The notes beneath the pieces were generated by a model. That model searched no databases, had not been told where the DNA came from, and worked only from the letters and a program-made list of their open reading frames with translations. A stretch of DNA of 51,083 nucleotides, taken from an uncultured Gammaproteobacteria bacterium. Its GTDB lineage: Bacteria; Patescibacteriota; Microgenomatia; CAYQLK01. The position numbers were made by a program, and so were the translations under genes. This document shows positions 20,255 to 28,935 of this stretch, in pieces. The stretch is taken from the NCBI GenBank assembly GCA_964418515.1, contig CAYQLK010000001.1:42542-93624 (forward strand), written 5' to 3'. The number at the start of each line of letters is the position of its first letter. Position 1 is the first letter of the stretch.

Positions 20255-21493
20255 ATGAAAGTACTACTGATATCACCATATATTCCTTATCCGCCAATCA
20301 CTGGAGGAAAAGTTAGAGTTTATAACTTTCTAAAAAAACTAAGCAAAAAACACGAAATAGTCTTAATCTGTCTGTTAAAAAACACTGACGAATTTAAGGA
20401 CGTTAAAATTTTGGAAAAACAAGGATTTAAGATTTATCCAGTTTTGAGGAGAAAAGCATGGTCTGCCCAAAATCTAGTAAGGACTTTACTGACAAAATAT
20501 TCATTCCTTACTGTAGTAAATAACTTTTCTTCCGAAACGGAAAATTTAATTCTTGAAGTTATCAAAAAAGAAAAACCAGATCTTATTCATCTTGAAACTT
20601 TTTATATGGCACAAAGTTTACTGGCTGTTAGAGATAAGATAAAAATTCCAATTTTACTCGCCAAAGTTGACGTAGAGGCTCAAGTTTATTTTAGAAATGC
20701 ACAACAGAAAAAAAATCCATTACTCAAACTGGTTGGATACATTGATGCCAGAAAAATGCTTAATTATGAAGTCCAAGTTTGCCAATATTTTGACAAGGTT
20801 ACATTTGCAAGTGAAATAGACAGAATACTATTAACTTCCTATCTTAAAAAAAGAAAAATTAGTGTTGCCACTGATTTAATTCCTAACGGGGTAGATACTA
20901 AACATTATGTTCCAACAAAAACCAAAAAATATTCCAAACCAACTGTTGTGTTCTTGGGTAATTTTCGATATTTTGCAAATACTGATGCGGCGTTTTTCTT
21001 TGTGAAAAATATTTGGCCACTAATTACGAGTCAAATTGATGCTCATCTATATATTGTTGGACCATTACTTCCAAAAGGTATACAAAGAATGTTAAGTAAT
21101 GACGTAGCAAAATTAAACTCAGAAAACATCACCGTAACTGGGTTTGTCGAAGAAGACATCAAAAAAGAAATATTAACCAAATCATGGCTTTCAGTTGCTC
21201 CAATTAGGATTGGTTCAGGGACAAAATTAAAGATCTTAGAGTCTATGGCAATCGGTACACCAGTTGTAGCTACTCCTGTTGGTATAGAAGGGATTGAAGC
21301 GATAAATAATAACAGTGTTCTTGTTGGTGAGTCACCTCAGCAGGTGGCCAATATGGTAGTGAAACTGCTAAAAAACAAACCACTTAGAGAAAAAGTTTCA
21401 AAAAACGCCCGCAAGCTGGTAGAGAATGTTTATGAGTGGGAAGTAATCGGCAACAAGCTTGATGGAATATATAGAGACTTAACTAAAAAATAA
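20255..21493 (+). CDS. Family-4 (GT-B) glycosyltransferase
   Basis: 412-aa ORF with MKVLLISPYIPYPPITGGKVRVYN at the N-terminus and a C-terminal GSGTKLKILESMAIGTPVVATPVGIEG. Starts immediately after the upstream stop. Confidence 0.85.
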   Translation: MKVLLISPYIPYPPITGGKVRVYNFLKKLSKKHEIVLICLLKNTDEFKDVKILEKQGFKIYPVLRRKAWSAQNLVRTLLTKYSFLTVVNNFSSETENLILEVIKKEKPDLIHLETFYMAQSLLAVRDKIKIPILLAKVDVEAQVYFRNAQQKKNPLLKLVGYIDARKMLNYEVQVCQYFDKVTFASEIDRILLTSYLKKRKISVATDLIPNGVDTKHYVPTKTKKYSKPTVVFLGNFRYFANTDAAFFFVKNIWPLITSQIDAHLYIVGPLLPKGIQRMLSNDVAKLNSENITVTGFVEEDIKKEILTKSWLSVAPIRIGSGTKLKILESMAIGTPVVATPVGIEGIEAINNNSVLVGESPQQVANMVVKLLKNKPLREKVSKNARKLVENVYEWEVIGNKLDGIYRDLTKK

Positions 21494-21495
21494 TT

Positions 21496-22407
21496 ATGGT
21501 TAAACCTACAGTCGATATAGTCATTGTTAATTACAACGCCGGTATTTATCTTAAAAACTGCATTTTTAGTCTAAAGGCATGCCTAAAATCAAATTTTAAA
21601 CTAAATTGTATTGTTATCGACAACGCCTCGAGTGATGACAGTATTTCACAAATTAAACATCTTAAGCTACCTTGGCTCACTATCATTAATCATCCAGAAA
21701 ATGTCGGGTTCGCCGCAGGATGTAATATTGGAATCAAAAAATCCAAAGGAAGTTATGTATTACTTCTTAACCCTGATACCAAAGTTTCAAAAGACACAAT
21801 TGTTAAAATGGTCGACTTTCTTAGCATTCACCCAAAAGCTGGGATTGTAACTCCGAAACTAGTTTTATCAAATGGTCAGATTGATCCAGCCTCTCACCGA
21901 GGATTTCCGACACCTTGGGCATCATTTAGTTATTTTATTGGTCTTGAAAAGTTTTTTCCTTCTAATCCAAAATTTAGTCAATATCATATGAGGTACAAAT
22001 CAATGGATAAGGTTCACGAAATAGATTCTCCATCAGGGGCGTTTATGCTAATTAAAAAAGAGGTAATCAATAAAATCGGGTTATTAGATGAAGATTTTTT
22101 CATGTACGCCGAAGACATTGACTTTAGCTACAGGGCAAAAAAAGCAGGCTTTCAGATTTTTTATAATCCATCTTCAATTGTTTTGCACACAAAAGGCATT
22201 TCCTCTGGTATTAAAAAACATTCAGAAAAAAAATCTAAAGCAAGCGTCGAAACCAGACTTCGGACCTCTAAACATTTTTATGAAACAATGAAAATTTTCT
22301 ATCAAAAACATTACAGTCACAAATATCCCAAATTACTTGAAATATTAATTTTTCTTTTTATTGATATTAAAAAAAATATTAAAATATTTCAGTTGAAGTA
22401 TTTATAA
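21496..22407 (+). CDS. Family-2 glycosyltransferase, WbbL-like subtype
   Basis: 303-aa ORF with IVIVNYNA, VIDNASSDDS, NVGFAAGCNIG, LLNPDT and AEDIDFSYRAKKAGFQI motifs. Confidence 0.85.
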   Translation: MVKPTVDIVIVNYNAGIYLKNCIFSLKACLKSNFKLNCIVIDNASSDDSISQIKHLKLPWLTIINHPENVGFAAGCNIGIKKSKGSYVLLLNPDTKVSKDTIVKMVDFLSIHPKAGIVTPKLVLSNGQIDPASHRGFPTPWASFSYFIGLEKFFPSNPKFSQYHMRYKSMDKVHEIDSPSGAFMLIKKEVINKIGLLDEDFFMYAEDIDFSYRAKKAGFQIFYNPSSIVLHTKGISSGIKKHSEKKSKASVETRLRTSKHFYETMKIFYQKHYSHKYPKLLEILIFLFIDIKKNIKIFQLKYL

Positions 22408-22409
22408 TA

Positions 22410-23513
22410 ATGCGAGTATTAATTGATGCAAGACTTTTTGGTCCGAAGCACACAGGTATTGGTAGATATAGCCAAAACTTAGTAAACAACCTAGTCAAAC
22501 TCGCACCGCAACATCAGTTTATTTTAATTACACATGATTCAGCTCAAACCCAAAGCCAAAAAAATTTATCAGTTATCAAAACAAAAATAGGCCATTATGG
22601 ATTTAGTGAACAACTTAAACTAATTCAATTAATTAATTCACAAAAACCAGATTTAGTTCATTTTACCCACTTTAATCATCCAATTTTTTATAACAAACCT
22701 TTTGTCGTAACTATTCACGATTTAATCAAAAGTGAATTTAAGGATTTTTCGGCCTCAACTAGAACAAGAGTTATATATGAGTTAAAACACTTTGTTTATC
22801 AAAAAGTTATTAATCATGCCATTAATAAGTCGATATCCGTTATCACTCCCTCAAACTATTCAAAGACTCGTATTTTGTCTGCTTATCCAGCTTGTTCCAG
22901 TCAAAAAATAATCGCAATTTACGAAGGTGCTGATCAGTTTGAAAACATTAGAGTAAAAAAAATGTTCGACTACAAAAAATACTCAATTAAGGACAATTAT
23001 TGTTTATATATAGGTAATAGCTATCCTTACAAAAATCTTACACTTGCTGTCGAGGCCATCAAAAAAATTCCTGAACTTCAGTTTGTGATTGTTAGCAAAT
23101 TCAACAAGAATCTAAACGATATCAAAAACTTAACAAATGGCAGCAAGCAATTTGTTTTTTTAGAGAATCTTGATGATGCAGAAATAGCTTCACTTTATCA
23201 AGGTTCAATGTTTTTTTTGTTCCCTTCAAAATCTGAGGGTTTTGGTGTTCCAGGGTTAGAAGCTATGGCAATGAAAACCCCTGTGGTCTGTTCTGATGCT
23301 GGTCCGCTTCCAGAAATATATGGGGATGCTGCAATATATTTTAATCCTGAAAGTGTGGATGATTTAGAAGAAAAAATTAGATTTTTACTCAAAAATTATA
23401 AAAAAGAAAAAAATCGTCTAATAGACCTAGGTACTAAACAACTAAAAAAATATTCATGGCGCAAAACCGCCGAACAAACACTTATTATTTATGAAAATAG
23501 CATTAATATTTGA
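22410..23513 (+). CDS. Family-4 (GT-B) glycosyltransferase
   Basis: 367-aa ORF with MRVLIDARLFGPKHTGIGRYSQNL at the N-terminus and SEGFGVPGLEAMAMKTPVVCSDAGPLPE. Confidence 0.85.
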   Translation: MRVLIDARLFGPKHTGIGRYSQNLVNNLVKLAPQHQFILITHDSAQTQSQKNLSVIKTKIGHYGFSEQLKLIQLINSQKPDLVHFTHFNHPIFYNKPFVVTIHDLIKSEFKDFSASTRTRVIYELKHFVYQKVINHAINKSISVITPSNYSKTRILSAYPACSSQKIIAIYEGADQFENIRVKKMFDYKKYSIKDNYCLYIGNSYPYKNLTLAVEAIKKIPELQFVIVSKFNKNLNDIKNLTNGSKQFVFLENLDDAEIASLYQGSMFFLFPSKSEGFGVPGLEAMAMKTPVVCSDAGPLPEIYGDAAIYFNPESVDDLEEKIRFLLKNYKKEKNRLIDLGTKQLKKYSWRKTAEQTLIIYENSINI

Positions 23514-24561
23514 TCCCGTTACTCAATCAGGAGGGGCAGAAAAATTACTTTGGTGTTTAGCCGATGAGTATCCAGATTCAAAAATATACACCGCTATCTA
23601 TAATCCTGAATTAGTCCCTGAGCGATTTAAAACAAGAATTGTGTGTTCTTGGTTGCAAAAATTTCCCAGAGCTGCACAAAATCCCAAGCCATATTTGCCA
23701 TTATTCCCCGTTGCCTATGAATCCTTCGATCTTTCAAATTATGATCGAATAATTTCACTTACAACATTGTTTGCAAAAACAGTAATTACTAGGCCAGAAA
23801 CGCTTCATATCGGCTATATCAACTCACCACCCAGATTTTTGTATTCCGAACAAAATTTGAAAAGATATATAAACAATAGTTTTCTTCAGCATCTAGTTTC
23901 GCCAATTTTTAAGTGGTTAAAATTTTACGACTCTTTGGCGACTAAACGCCCAGACATATTGATAGCCAATTCGCAAAATATTCAACAAAAAATAAAAAAT
24001 ATTTATAATCTTGATAGTCAGGTGGTCTATCCTTTTGCAGACGATCGTTATTTCAAGAAAAGAATTATTGCAAAAATTCCCAATCAATATGTCGTCGTTT
24101 CTCGCTTAGAAAAATGGAAAAGAATCGATTACGCTATTCAAGCGTTCAATAATCTACCAGATAAAAAATTAATAATTATTGGAACAGGCAGTGATATGAC
24201 TCGGTTAAAAAAAATTGCAGCAGACAATGTTATTTTTACAGGTTGGATCAATGATTCAAAAGTCGTAGATATTGTTTCTAGGTCTCAAGCAATGATAATG
24301 CCTCAAGACGAAGATTTTGGTATCACCTCAGTTGAATCGCAGGCACTTTTTACTCCAGTAATTGCTTTAGACAGTGGAGGCGCCAAAGAAACAGTTATTC
24401 ATGGTGAGACCGGAATACTTTACGAAAAACAGACACCCCAGTCATTAATAAATGCTATTAAAGTTTTTGAAAAGAAAGGCTTCAAAGCTGACAAACTCTA
24501 TCAAAATGCGCTAAAATACCGCCAGAGTCAATTTATCCAAAATATAGCAAAATATCTATGA
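23491..24561 (+). CDS. Family-4 (GT-B) glycosyltransferase
   Basis: 356-aa ORF with MKIALIFDPVTQSGGAEKLL at the N-terminus and DEDFGITSVESQALFTPVIALDSGGAKE. 23-nt overlap upstream. Confidence 0.8.
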   Translation: MKIALIFDPVTQSGGAEKLLWCLADEYPDSKIYTAIYNPELVPERFKTRIVCSWLQKFPRAAQNPKPYLPLFPVAYESFDLSNYDRIISLTTLFAKTVITRPETLHIGYINSPPRFLYSEQNLKRYINNSFLQHLVSPIFKWLKFYDSLATKRPDILIANSQNIQQKIKNIYNLDSQVVYPFADDRYFKKRIIAKIPNQYVVVSRLEKWKRIDYAIQAFNNLPDKKLIIIGTGSDMTRLKKIAADNVIFTGWINDSKVVDIVSRSQAMIMPQDEDFGITSVESQALFTPVIALDSGGAKETVIHGETGILYEKQTPQSLINAIKVFEKKGFKADKLYQNALKYRQSQFIQNIAKYL

Positions 24562-25661
24562 CAAAAGACCAATCGATAAAAATTGCAATTTTTTGTGGAG
24601 GTAGTGGTTCAAGAATGTGGCCTGCTTCCAGATCAGACAAACCAAAACAGTTTCAGCCACTAATCGGCGGCAAGAGTACATTCGAAAAATTAGTAGCTAG
24701 TCTTGAAAAAGAGTTTGGATCTGTAAATATTTTCCCCGTAGCTAGAAGGGAGTTTGTTGGTCATATCGTTTCTCAGGCTCCGCACATTCCATTAGAAAAT
24801 ATTATTATCGAACCCGAAGGTAGAGATACTATGGCTGCTATTGGTTTTGCCGCAATGATGTTAGATACCAAATTCAATAACCCAACTGTTATCAGTCTTT
24901 GGAGTGACCATTTAATTAAAAATGAGAAGAATTTCCTGAAGTCTTTGCGTAAAGCCGCTGAGGTCAGTGCTAAAACTGCAAAGATAGTTGAGCTTGGAGT
25001 TAGGGCAACATTTCCAAGCACTCAGCTGGGATATATAAAAACAGGCAAGATGATCGAAAAGATCGAAGATTTAGGTTTGTTCGAATTCATTGCCCAAATT
25101 GAAAAACCCAGCCTAGAAAAAGCGCAAGAATTTCTTGAGTCTTGGGAATACCTTTGGCATTTGGGCTATTCTGTATGGTCAACCAAAACACTCCTTAGTT
25201 ACTATGAAGAATTCGCTCCCGCTACATACAAAACACTCCTTAAAATTTCAGAATTAGTAAAAAACGGAGACAGCTCAAGTAAAGCAGTAAAAGACTTATT
25301 TGCCACAATCGAAAAAACCTCAATCGATCTCGCAATTCTCGAAAAACTCGGGCCAACAGAACGCCTAGTAATTTCTGCTGATCTGGGTTGGAGTGATGTG
25401 GGAACATGGGATGTGCTAAAAGACGAGCTTGGCGAATTACCAGAAGATAACGTGTCGACCGGTAAGTCAATTACAGTTGAATCCAGCGATAATTTACTCT
25501 TTTCGACCAACGGGAATAAAATGCTCGTTGCGGTTGGTGTTAAGGGGCTAATAATTGTTGACACACAAGACGCTCTATTAGTCGTTGCCAAAGATGCTAG
25601 TGGAAAGGTTAAAGATGCTGTGATTAAACTTAAAGAGGAAGGGCACGAAGATTATCTTTAA
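24558..25661 (+). CDS. manC: Mannose-1-phosphate guanylyltransferase (nucleotidyltransferase domain only, no cupin/isomerase domain)
   Basis: 367-aa ORF. IFCGGSGSRMWPASRSDKPKQFQPL matches the GG-x-G-x-R-(L/M)-W-P-x-S-R...PKQF signature of GDP-mannose pyrophosphorylases. ATGA overlap upstream. Confidence 0.8.
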   Translation: MTKDQSIKIAIFCGGSGSRMWPASRSDKPKQFQPLIGGKSTFEKLVASLEKEFGSVNIFPVARREFVGHIVSQAPHIPLENIIIEPEGRDTMAAIGFAAMMLDTKFNNPTVISLWSDHLIKNEKNFLKSLRKAAEVSAKTAKIVELGVRATFPSTQLGYIKTGKMIEKIEDLGLFEFIAQIEKPSLEKAQEFLESWEYLWHLGYSVWSTKTLLSYYEEFAPATYKTLLKISELVKNGDSSSKAVKDLFATIEKTSIDLAILEKLGPTERLVISADLGWSDVGTWDVLKDELGELPEDNVSTGKSITVESSDNLLFSTNGNKMLVAVGVKGLIIVDTQDALLVVAKDASGKVKDAVIKLKEEGHEDYL

Positions 25662-25664
25662 ATA

Positions 25665-26303
25665 ATGTTTTACGATTTCGCAAAACGCACAATCGATATA
25701 GTCGGTTCACTGGTTGGAATGTCAATTTTGTGTTTAATTTTTCCTGTAATTGCAATCGCAATCAAAAGATCAAGCCCAGGACCTGTGTTTGCCGATGTCC
25801 CTAAAAGAAGCGGTAAAGACGGTAAGTCATTCAAAATGTATAAGTTCCGCTCAATGATAAAAGATGCTCATCTTTTGTTGCAAAGTGACCCAAAATTCAA
25901 GAAACTTTATGAGGAATACAAGAAAAATTCCTACAAACTCTCACACGATCCCAGGGTCACTCCTTTGGGGCATTTTATACGCAAAACAAGCATTGATGAG
26001 CTACCACAATTTATTAATGTTCTAAAAGGAGAAATGAGTCTTGTTGGGCCAAGAGCGTATTATCCAGACGAGTTAATTAATCAGCAAAAAGCCTTTCCAG
26101 AAACCAAAAAATACGTCAAAACACTCTTAACCGCCAAACCAGGCTTAACAGGTCCTTGGCAAGTTTCTGGTAGGAGTGATATTTCGTTCGAAAAAAGGGT
26201 CAAATTGGATGCGGATTATGCAAAAAAGCGCTCAATCTTGTATGATTTAAAGATTATAATCCTCACAGTTCCTGCACTGCTTTCTCAAAAAGGTGCTGTC
26301 TAA
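25665..26303 (+). CDS. Small monotopic initiating phosphoglycosyl transferase (bacterial sugar transferase family, PglC/WbaP C-terminal-domain type)
   Basis: 212-aa ORF with [12 protein letters not shown] plus a re-entrant helix, [56 protein letters not shown] and LDADYA. Confidence 0.9.
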   Translation: MFYDFAKRTIDIVGSLVGMSILCLIFPVIAIAIKRSSPGPVFADVPKRSGKDGKSFKMYKFRSMIKDAHLLLQSDPKFKKLYEEYKKNSYKLSHDPRVTPLGHFIRKTSIDELPQFINVLKGEMSLVGPRAYYPDELINQQKAFPETKKYVKTLLTAKPGLTGPWQVSGRSDISFEKRVKLDADYAKKRSILYDLKIIILTVPALLSQKGAV

Positions 26304-26339
26304 TAATTTTCTTAGTTTTAGTTAGATTATTCACAAAAT

Positions 26340-28229
26340 ATGCTTAAATTTTCAACGAACTACCAATCTCACAATAGCCATGTTTATCGCAATAAACAAA
26401 AAAAGCGGTCATTAAAGAAAATTATTATTATCCTTGGGATTTTTGTAATTTTTGGCCTTTATATTGGTATTCCAGCTTTTGCCATCGGATCTAGTCTCAA
26501 AAATGCCAAAAACAATCTAAGCGCTTCAGTTGCGTCGCTAAGATCTGGTAATTTGCCAGAAACAAAATCGAAACTAGAGTCCGCTAAGGGGGATTTACAA
26601 AAAGCTCAAGCAGCCTCCCTTGTTTACAAACCATTAACCTTTATTCCTCTAATTGGATCATATCCTTCGGATCTTGAGCACGCCTTGTCAGCCGGTGTCC
26701 AGGGTGTTGAGGCTGGATTAATCATTACTAAATCAATTGAACCCTACGCAGACCTTCTGGGTCTAGGTAGTGGTGACTTTTTGGGTGGAACTGCCCAGGA
26801 TAGAATGCAAAAAGCCATCCAAACCTTATCAAAAATTACGCCAGAATTGGATAAGGTAAACGAAAAATTATCCAAGGCTAATAAGGAAATGGCACAAATT
26901 AACGCCAACAGATATCCAGATTTTATTCCTGGCAAACCCAGAACAAATATTAACCTCGCCAAAAGTTATCTCGTTCAAGGTGAAAAAGTCTTGACCGAAA
27001 CCAAACCACTTTTAGAAGTTTTACCAAGTATTATGGGTGATGATCGGGCCAAAAAATACATGGTTCTTTTTCTTAACGACAAAGAGCTAAGGCCTGGTGG
27101 TGGATTTATCACAGCTTATGCTTACTTAAACATCGACAAGGCTTTAGTTAAAGCAGAAGGTTCTGATAACATTTACGATCTTGATGACACCATTACTGAT
27201 AAACCTTCTGCACCTGAAGCAATTATCAAATATCTACCTTTAGTAGATTCATTTAACCTTCGCGATTCGAACCTTTCACCTGATCTTCCAACTTCACTTA
27301 CGGCTTTTGAAGATTTATACAAACTATCACCCCAATATCAGCCAGTCGACGGGTACTTCACGGTTAATACTAGAGCACTTTCTGATGTTTTAAGTGTCCT
27401 AGGTCCAATCGAGATAGAGGGTGTTAAATACACCAACGATATTGTGCCTGCCTGTGATTGCCCGCAAATAGTTTATTCTCTGCTTGAAAGTTCAGGACAA
27501 CCAAGAGGTTTTATTGTTGAGGAGAGAAAAGCCTTAATTGGTGTTTTGATGAACGCAATCATGGATAAGAGTTTAAGCGCAAACAAAGACACACTTCCCA
27601 AGTTAATAGAGCTTGGTCTCAAACTTCTTGCACAAAAAGATGTAATGCTTAATTTTAAAGATGAAAAAACCCAAGTTGCTTCGGAAAAACTAGGTTATGC
27701 CGGCAAAATTAAACAATCTGAAAGTGACTATTTATCAGTCGTTGACAGCAACTTTGCTGGTGCCAAAAGCAATCTTTATATTCAACAAACGGTTACTCAA
27801 GACATCAGAACAGATGGTGACAAAATTATTAAAAAGGTGACTGTTAATCTCAAAAACCCTCGAGCCGCTGATAATTGTTCGCTAGAAAGAACCGCAGGTT
27901 TATGTCTAAACGGAATATACAGGGATTGGATTAGAGTATTTGTTCCTATTGGCTCAAAACTTATTAGTTCAACGGGTTCTGAAACGGATGTTGTTACTTA
28001 TGATGATTTAGGAAAAACTGTTTTTGAGGGATTTTTTACGTTACGTCCTTTAGGAACTTCGCAAATCGAAGTCGAATATGAATTACCATTCAAAGCAAGT
28101 GGTGATTACAAAATTCTTATTCAAAAACAATCAGGCAAGGGTATAGTTCCTCATGTAATTAATATTGACGGCAAGAAGAAAGAATCGTTTGACCTAAGTG
28201 GTGATCAGGAGATAAAGTTAGATATATAA
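26340..28229 (+). CDS. N-terminally anchored extracytoplasmic protein, DUF4012-like
   Basis: 629-aa ORF. One N-terminal TM helix (IIIILGIFVIFGLYIGIPAFAIG), a helical region, then LFLNDKELRPGGGFITAYAYL, which matches the E-L-R-x-x-G-G core I associate with DUF4012. Function unknown. Confidence 0.6.
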   Translation: MLKFSTNYQSHNSHVYRNKQKKRSLKKIIIILGIFVIFGLYIGIPAFAIGSSLKNAKNNLSASVASLRSGNLPETKSKLESAKGDLQKAQAASLVYKPLTFIPLIGSYPSDLEHALSAGVQGVEAGLIITKSIEPYADLLGLGSGDFLGGTAQDRMQKAIQTLSKITPELDKVNEKLSKANKEMAQINANRYPDFIPGKPRTNINLAKSYLVQGEKVLTETKPLLEVLPSIMGDDRAKKYMVLFLNDKELRPGGGFITAYAYLNIDKALVKAEGSDNIYDLDDTITDKPSAPEAIIKYLPLVDSFNLRDSNLSPDLPTSLTAFEDLYKLSPQYQPVDGYFTVNTRALSDVLSVLGPIEIEGVKYTNDIVPACDCPQIVYSLLESSGQPRGFIVEERKALIGVLMNAIMDKSLSANKDTLPKLIELGLKLLAQKDVMLNFKDEKTQVASEKLGYAGKIKQSESDYLSVVDSNFAGAKSNLYIQQTVTQDIRTDGDKIIKKVTVNLKNPRAADNCSLERTAGLCLNGIYRDWIRVFVPIGSKLISSTGSETDVVTYDDLGKTVFEGFFTLRPLGTSQIEVEYELPFKASGDYKILIQKQSGKGIVPHVINIDGKKKESFDLSGDQEIKLDI

Positions 28230-28268
28230 ATAGATTTAAATTCCGTTTATACATTTAACTTTTTGATT

Positions 28269-28925
28269 ATGTCTCAGCCTCGGTCGTATCGCACAAAAGC
28301 AATTATTGTCTCCCGTAGAAGGTTTTCTGAAGCTGACAGAATTGTCACCTTTTTTTCCCCTGAGCTTGGTCTGCATGAGGCGATTGCGCACGGAATCCGC
28401 AAACCAACTTCTCGAAAATCAGGCAGTTTAGAATTATTTAATCTTGTGAGCCTTTATATCATCAAAGGCAAAAGCATTGATATCATCAGCGAGGCATCAA
28501 TAATTGATAGTTTTTCAAGAGTAAAAAAAGACTTTGCTTTAACCCACCCCGTTTTTTATATGCTCGAAATAGTTGGAAGATTATTTAGTCACGGTCAGTC
28601 GCAGGGTGAAATATTTGACCTTCTCCAGACAACAATTAATTTATTAAACACCAAAAAGCTTTCTGCAAAACAAATAGACTGTCTACTTAGTCGTTTCGAG
28701 ATTAAAGTTTTGGAAGAATCAGGATTTTTTAGTCTTCATAAGTCAAATTTTTCCAATCAATCAATTTATGAATGCGCCATGACTTTGTCAAAACAAAGCT
28801 TGCCAGTCCTATTAACTTCAAACTTTGTGCCCCTTAAATCACTAAAGGAATCACTCAAACTAAGCCTCGAAGAAATAATTGGTCGTTCATTTGTCACCTT
28901 GTCATACCGACCTGTTTTGGCATAA
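28269..28925 (+). CDS. recO: DNA repair/recombination mediator RecO
   Basis: About 218 aa. The N-terminal OB-fold segment YRTKAIIVSRRRFSEADRIVTFFSPELGLHEAIAHGIRK and the helical C-terminal part follow the RecO pattern. ATG 28269 is preferred over the track's TTG at 28263. Confidence 0.8.
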   Translation: MSQPRSYRTKAIIVSRRRFSEADRIVTFFSPELGLHEAIAHGIRKPTSRKSGSLELFNLVSLYIIKGKSIDIISEASIIDSFSRVKKDFALTHPVFYMLEIVGRLFSHGQSQGEIFDLLQTTINLLNTKKLSAKQIDCLLSRFEIKVLEESGFFSLHKSNFSNQSIYECAMTLSKQSLPVLLTSNFVPLKSLKESLKLSLEEIIGRSFVTLSYRPVLA

Positions 28926-28935
28926 TATTACGCAG

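Noticed and set aside
25202-25591. 129-aa minus-strand ORF, and all other minus-strand ORFs in the track (e.g. 41252-41554, 7906-8199, 9083-9379, 33856-34134).
   Set aside because: Each lies entirely inside a well-supported + strand gene. They have Ser/Thr/Leu-rich low-complexity translations typical of antisense frames and no recognisable motifs or start context.
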